From Candidatus Woesearchaeota archaeon (GTDB lineage Archaea; Nanobdellota; Nanobdellia; Woesearchaeales; WJKL01), in contig JAHWIB010000001.1 in NCBI GenBank assembly GCA_019322815.1, positions 154 to 64,153 of the forward strand: DNA of 64,000 nt, in the 5' to 3' direction. The notes below the pieces were generated by a model. That model worked only from the letters and a program-made list of their open reading frames with translations, made no database searches and had not been told where the DNA came from. Positions 59,725 to 64,000 of the stretch are shown here, piece by piece. Position 1 is the stretch's first letter, and each line of letters opens with the position of its first letter. Both the position numbers and the translations under genes were made by a program.

Positions 59725-59965
59725 TTATTACCCCTCTATAAAAAATAGATTCACCTGCAGTAGGACTTGGCCTGGTTATCTTTATAACATCTCCAACACT
59801 GACATTAAGTGATGCAATAGCAGGATCATCTTTTTTGATTTTTGGCAGTTCCTTTAAGCCAATATGATATTTTTCAAACAGTTCTTTTTTATCTTTTTCA
59901 GAAAGTTTTTCATGCTTTGGCATTAGAACATGATTTTTGATTACTATTTTTTTCCTTTTCACCAT
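59717..59965 (-). CDS. rpoH: DNA-directed RNA polymerase subunit H
   Basis: 82 aa. RpoH/Rpb5-like C-terminus (ITRPSPTAGESIFYRGVI). It is the first gene of the RNAP operon. Confidence 0.85.
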   Translation of the reverse strand: MVKRKKIVIKNHVLMPKHEKLSEKDKKELFEKYHIGLKELPKIKKDDPAIASLNVSVGDVIKITRPSPTAGESIFYRGVISE

Positions 59966-59987
59966 TCATTATCACTCCCAAAATAAA

Positions 59988-60078
59988 ACGGGCCGGACGA
60001 GATTCGAACTCGCGACCACTGCATTTCATTCCTCTAATGTTAAAAGTGCAGTGCTCTACCAGGCTGAGCTACCGGCCC
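59988..60078 (-). tRNA. tRNA-Lys(UUU) with a 16-nt anticodon-loop intron
   Basis: The minus strand reads GGGCCGG-TA-GCTC-AGCCTGGTA-GAGC-A-CTGCA-CTTTTA[ACATTAGAGGAATGAA]A-TGCAG-TGGTC-GCGAG-TTCGAAT-CTCGT-CCGGCCC-G. Confidence 0.7.
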
Positions 60079-60080
60079 AA

Positions 60081-60210
60081 CGCCCTGGCCGGGATTTTCA
60101 TTTTTGCTCTTTATAGGGCTTAAAGCGTCGAACCCGGGTCGGGGCCTTTCCACCACACTAAATTATGTGGGCCGACAGGGCCCCATGATAGGCCACTACA
60201 CTACCAGGGC
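60081..60210 (-). tRNA. tRNA-Asp(GUC) with two introns (anticodon loop about 25 nt; T-loop about 32 nt)
   Basis: The minus strand reads GCCCTGG-TA-GTGTAGTGGCCTATCAT-G-GGGCC-CTGTCG[intron]A-GGCCC-CGAC-CCGGG-TTCGA[intron]AT-CCCGG-CCAGGGC-G. The Asp/Glu-type D-arm is present. It lies 2 nt upstream of tRNA-Lys. Confidence 0.55.
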
Positions 60211-60329
60211 AATTTTATGACTATAAATCCTTCTAAAAGTAAGATATACGCTTTTAAAGCCTATATTTTAGACTATTAGAAAGATTTGACGCGTCATTGT
60301 GCAAAGAATTTTGGCTTTGTTTATAAATG

Positions 60330-60357
60330 TTACGGAAAAATGTCAATTTTTCCGTAA
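60330..60357. promoter_or_regulatory. Perfect 12-bp inverted repeat with a 4-nt spacer (TTACGGAAAAAT-GTCA-ATTTTTCCGTAA), adjacent to a TATA-like TTTATAAAT
   Basis: Intergenic, between tRNA-Tyr and tRNA-Asp. It could be an operator for a dimeric regulator, or a hairpin terminator for the tRNA-Tyr transcript on the minus strand. Confidence 0.3.
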
Positions 60358-60422
60358 TTTCAAAACGCTAAAGTTTTGTATGTTACTGTTTTTTAACAAA
60401 TTTAGTCAATTTAAACTAGAAA

Positions 60423-60553
60423 TCCCCACCCCCGGATTCGAACCAGGAACCTTTCGGTATCAGCTGGCTCACTTTCATCCTTTATGCAAAATACACAGTC
60501 AGTGAGCGGTTTAAACCTACAGCCGAACGCTCTAGCCATTGAGCTAGGTGGGG
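60423..60553 (-). tRNA. tRNA-Tyr(GUA) with a roughly 59-nt anticodon-loop intron
   Basis: The minus strand reads CCCCACC-TA-GCTC-AATGGCTA-GAGC-G-TTCGG-CTGTAG[59-nt intron]A-CCGAA-AGGTT-CCTGG-TTCGAAT-CCGGG-GGTGGGG-A. The C1:G72 pair is typical of archaeal tRNA-Tyr. A TATA-like TTTATAAAT lies about 30 nt upstream on the minus strand. Confidence 0.65.
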
Positions 60554-60591
60554 TCTGAATAACAAGAATTAGTTTGATTTATAAAGTTTTC

Positions 60592-62010
60592 TTATACCTC
60601 AACACCTAAACTATTAGAATAAATATGCTTTTCTTTTCCTTTGACTCTTAACAAGACCTTTGCTCTTGGCAGCCTGAAATCACCTAATATACTTAATTTT
60701 GATTTAATATTATAACTGATTAATCTGTCTTCATTAGGTCCTAATTCCCCAAGATCCCAGTGTAATATAGTCCCTTTTTTTTCGCTTTTCAGTATTTTAG
60801 TTGGTTTTAATGTTCCTGCAATAAATTCTCTTTGAAGTTCAGCTATGCTTGGGATATAATCAGCTACAATAACACCCTTTATTGGTTTTTTTACCAGGCT
60901 TGTTACCTGCAGCATAATCTTTAATGAAGATATTCCTCCTTCTTCTGTCTTAACTTCACTTATTCCTTTTCTTATTTTTACAGGGCTTCTTGTTATATAA
61001 GCTATAGCAGCAATAATAATAAGGGCTGCTGCAATATAAACTATGATTCTGTAATTTGTAGTTATATAGACTGTTTTAGTTTGGCCTGGCTCTAACTCAA
61101 GATCAATAAGTAAAAACCTCTGTCCATCTTCTTCTTTTATCACAGTTGATTCTGGATTTGTTTCTGTAAAAAGATTTTTTATAAAACTTACAGGAATCCT
61201 TACTTCCTGGACATCTTTTATATTTGATTTGCTGCTATAAGTCGCTTCAATAACAGTTTTGAAAAAAACACTTTCTTTTTTTACATCTTCTTCAAAACCA
61301 AGGGTTTTTTCTCCTATGATTATTATCTGTGATTGAGGCCTGTCAATCGTTTTTCCTGATTTTAACAAATCAAAATTTAATTTATATTCTCCTGGAGCCT
61401 GCAATGGATCTAAATCATAACTAAGTTCAATATCTTTTGTTTCTAGAGGTTTTAGCTGGACAGGTTGCTCTGTATTGAACACAGCTAAATCGCTTGTAAT
61501 TTTAATTGCTAAATCTGTTAGATTCAGTACATTCCTATTTTCTAATGTAATTTTAATTGTAACAGGTTCTTCTGGAGCAATTTGTTCATTCATTTCATAA
61601 CTCATTTTTACAGAAGGAAGATATTCACTTACTGCTTGTCCAGGAGGTTTTATATGTATATATATCAATTCCTCTGTTGTTTCATCTGCGTCTATATCTT
61701 TTATTGTAAGTGCAACACCATACATCCCTGGCCCAACATATTTTGTTGGTGTTATTACTAATCTTTCACTTGCCACACTGTCAGGATAAACTTTAATATC
61801 AGTAGAAGGTATATCCCATTCAACTTCAGAAGAATATATCCTAAAGTTTTGAATAGTCATCAAATTATTTTTAATTGCAATTTCAAATTCAGCAGATTCT
61901 TCCAAGAAAATGCTGTCTTTAATAGGGGTTATTTCTACATCATAATCTGCTGCAGAAACAGTCAAAATACATAAAATAAATATTATTGCCAATAAAAAAT
62001 GCTTTTTCAT
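60592..62010 (-). CDS. Type-I membrane protein (472 aa), large extracellular domain, single TM, cytoplasmic tail
   Basis: Signal peptide, a beta-rich ectodomain of about 320 aa, a TM segment (IIVYIAAALIIIAAIAYI) and a cytoplasmic domain of about 130 aa. Confidence 0.45.
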   Translation of the reverse strand: MKKHFLLAIIFILCILTVSAADYDVEITPIKDSIFLEESAEFEIAIKNNLMTIQNFRIYSSEVEWDIPSTDIKVYPDSVASERLVITPTKYVGPGMYGVALTIKDIDADETTEELIYIHIKPPGQAVSEYLPSVKMSYEMNEQIAPEEPVTIKITLENRNVLNLTDLAIKITSDLAVFNTEQPVQLKPLETKDIELSYDLDPLQAPGEYKLNFDLLKSGKTIDRPQSQIIIIGEKTLGFEEDVKKESVFFKTVIEATYSSKSNIKDVQEVRIPVSFIKNLFTETNPESTVIKEEDGQRFLLIDLELEPGQTKTVYITTNYRIIVYIAAALIIIAAIAYITRSPVKIRKGISEVKTEEGGISSLKIMLQVTSLVKKPIKGVIVADYIPSIAELQREFIAGTLKPTKILKSEKKGTILHWDLGELGPNEDRLISYNIKSKLSILGDFRLPRAKVLLRVKGKEKHIYSNSLGVEV

Positions 62011-62228
62011 ACACCTCTCACTACTCTATTTTTAATTATCTCATATTTAAATCTTTCTAAACACTTTATTTATAAGAAAAAAGTGCGTTTAAAGTTCTAT
62101 ATGTGTTATACAATATATGCCTAAGATATAAATACTCAGAAGACTTATATATACTGCTGGGGTGGTTAGTCGCAAAGCGCTGGATGCCTGACTGCGTTGG
62201 GATTCAGAACGCTCCGGCTTCCACCTTC

Positions 62229-63611
62229 TTATTCTAATTTTCTAACAATGCCTTTTGTAGCATCTACTTCTATCAAATCTCCATCTTTAAGGATTTTTGT
62301 AGCATTCTTCAGCCCAGTTATACATGGCTTGCCCATCTCTCTGCTGACAATAGCAGCATGGCTAGTTATGCCTCCTTCATCTGTTAAAAAAGCAGATGCT
62401 TTTCCCATTATTGGAACATAATTTGGTGTGGTAGAATTTGCTATTAAAATATCTCCTTTTTGAAATTTATTGAATTCCTCTATATTTACAACAATTTTAG
62501 CAATACCTCTTACATAGCCTTGATTAGCACAAGTTCCTCTTAAAACTTTTTCTTCCTTATTCTTTTTTTTATCTTTAGAAAAATAATCATAAAAATAATA
62601 TAATCTCTGAAGATCACTCCCATAAATAAAATAATATCTCCTTTTTAGATTTATACAAGCAAAACCCTTCTTTCTTTGATTAATCTCTTCTTTTGTTACT
62701 GATAATTTATTTGTATCTATCATTTCAATTATCTCTTTTTGTCGTAAAAAAGTTATATCATCATATTCCAATCCAAATCTTTTTGCTAATAACTCAAAAG
62801 TTGGCTTCATGATTGCTCCTGCATATGCATTTGATTCTGCAACATGAGTTCTTAAGAAAATTGTATATCTTAATAATTCAACATCTTCATTAAGATTTGT
62901 ATCTTCATCTTTTTTTAATTTCAAATCAATACTGTTTTTCAACTCTTCTATAAACATATCAAAATCAAGAAAATCTCCTTGATGATGAAATATTTTAATC
63001 CACGCAAAATCTTTCAAGAATTTATTAATTAAGTCCATTGCTTCTTTATCTTCTTTTATATTATCCAAATCAATATTTTTATTCTTTATTTTTTTTCTGA
63101 TTTCATCAAGTGCAATATTGTACTTTGTAATATAATTCTTTTTCAAGGGTTTTTCAACAGCTTCTTTTACTATCTTTTCAAAAACCTCTGCTGCATTATA
63201 GATCCATCTAAAATGGGTAATAATTCCTTCATTAAATACATTAAAGAATTTTTTGATTGAATTTAAATCTTTTTTATCTAACTTCTTGGTAAACTCTATA
63301 AAATCATTGCATTCATTTTCCATCCTCATTGCAAGATCTTTTATATAATACTTATCTGTTCTATACTTATTTAAAATAAATTCATTTGTCCTTTTGTGTT
63401 CTTTCATATCCTTCATTAGCTTATTCTGAAAAAAAACAAACCCATCTAGAAAAAAAGGTGTTCTAAGAGTTTTACTTAAATAATCATTAACATTTGATAC
63501 AGAACCATCCCAATCCAGTACAGGTGATAAAGGTCTTTCTATCACAATATACCATTCTCTTTCAGCAATTTCCTTTGCAATTTCTCTTAATTTATTTGTT
63601 TCCATTTTCAA
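62229..63611 (-). CDS. Protein with a C-terminal PEP-utilizing-enzyme mobile (phosphohistidine swivel) domain and a novel N-terminal region
   Basis: The C-terminal 100 aa (GTCANQGYVRGIAKIV...GDILIANSTTPNYVPIMGKASAFLTDEGGITSHAAIVSREMGKPCITG) match the PEP-utilizers mobile domain. The N-terminal 350 aa lack ATP-grasp/PPDK motifs. Confidence 0.55.
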   Translation of the reverse strand: MKMETNKLREIAKEIAEREWYIVIERPLSPVLDWDGSVSNVNDYLSKTLRTPFFLDGFVFFQNKLMKDMKEHKRTNEFILNKYRTDKYYIKDLAMRMENECNDFIEFTKKLDKKDLNSIKKFFNVFNEGIITHFRWIYNAAEVFEKIVKEAVEKPLKKNYITKYNIALDEIRKKIKNKNIDLDNIKEDKEAMDLINKFLKDFAWIKIFHHQGDFLDFDMFIEELKNSIDLKLKKDEDTNLNEDVELLRYTIFLRTHVAESNAYAGAIMKPTFELLAKRFGLEYDDITFLRQKEIIEMIDTNKLSVTKEEINQRKKGFACINLKRRYYFIYGSDLQRLYYFYDYFSKDKKKNKEEKVLRGTCANQGYVRGIAKIVVNIEEFNKFQKGDILIANSTTPNYVPIMGKASAFLTDEGGITSHAAIVSREMGKPCITGLKNATKILKDGDLIEVDATKGIVRKLE

Positions 63612-63641
63612 AAATTAAAAAAAGAAAAAAATATTAGCTAA

Positions 63642-64000
63642 CTATAAACTAGCTAAGTATTCGAAGGCAGGGCCTAATTCTTTTTCTACATCTATGTTTG
63701 TCTCAAATGTCTTTTCTGCAACATATATCTTAGGTTTATCAATAGTTGCTATTGTAAATTCACATGCCACATCATAACCAGTTCCTTCTGCAAAATGTGA
63801 TCTTCCAATTATGTCTTCTAATCTCTTGCTGTCTAATTCTTCTCCCATCAATCTCAACAAAGATGCTTCAACAACAGGCGTATGAGATACGTTTAGTATT
63901 ATTCCTCCGCTAGGAATATCTTGAAGGATTTTGACTATATGTTTTCTCATAGCTTCTGCACAAGGTTCAACTAATTTTGCATATTTTCCTAACCATAAAC
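63642..64000 (-). CDS. Partial CDS (C-terminal end; the reading frame stays open to the window edge), unknown function
   Basis: The frame of the 102-aa ORF continues without a stop codon upstream through position 64000, so the gene start lies outside the window. Confidence 0.35.
   Translation of the reverse strand, partial: LWLGKYAKLVEPCAEAMRKHIVKILQDIPSGGIILNVSHTPVVEASLLRLMGEELDSKRLEDIIGRSHFAEGTGYDVACEFTIATIDKPKIYVAEKTFETNIDVEKELGPAFEYLASL

Noticed and set aside
60299-60505. 68-aa ORF on the plus strand
   Set aside because: It overlaps tRNA-Tyr and the intergenic promoter region, and its coding content is low.

Overview
This is an AT-rich (about 30% GC) archaeal chromosomal window. The archaeal assignment rests on the split rpoA'/A'' and rpoB''/B' genes, rpoH, Nop10, L44e/S27e/S8e/L37e/L30e, Sm and intron-containing tRNAs.

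The minus strand carries the 3' part of an rRNA operon: a 16S rRNA, then a tRNA-Ala with a G3:U70 pair in the 16S-23S spacer. The 23S gene lies beyond the window start. The 16S gene has a roughly 103-nt insertion at the 790-loop position.

Nine tRNA genes are present, all on the minus strand: Ala, Glu, Ile, Gly, Val, one of unresolved isotype, Lys, Asp and Tyr. Most carry one to three introns, including non-canonical T-loop and D-loop positions.

Conserved archaeal information-processing clusters are intact:
- rpoH-rpoB''-rpoB'-rpoA'-rpoA''-L30e-NusA, then S12-S7
- L44e, a probable GINS subunit, then S27e-aIF2alpha-Nop10 and a PAC2 proteasome chaperone
- Sm-L37e and S8e
- ScpA, prefoldin alpha-FtsY, aIF1A

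Metabolic genes include enolase, iPGM, asd, dapA and an amino-acid kinase.

Accessory content stands out. A 1475-aa LamG-repeat surface protein is preceded by an AbrB-like regulator and followed by two paralogous membrane proteins with poly-Lys/Arg tails. An S-layer-family protein set flanks a HEPN/MNT toxin-antitoxin pair. A probable operon runs membrane protein / Pro-rich protein / LspA / secreted papain-like C1 protease / DUF333-like protein. Other notable items are an N-terminally truncated Dph2, a small basic tandem-repeat protein, and a truncated Ski2-like helicase fragment.

Two GC-rich structured elements of unknown identity sit at 39866-39985 and 62147-62227. No CRISPR array, transposase or integrase was recognised.
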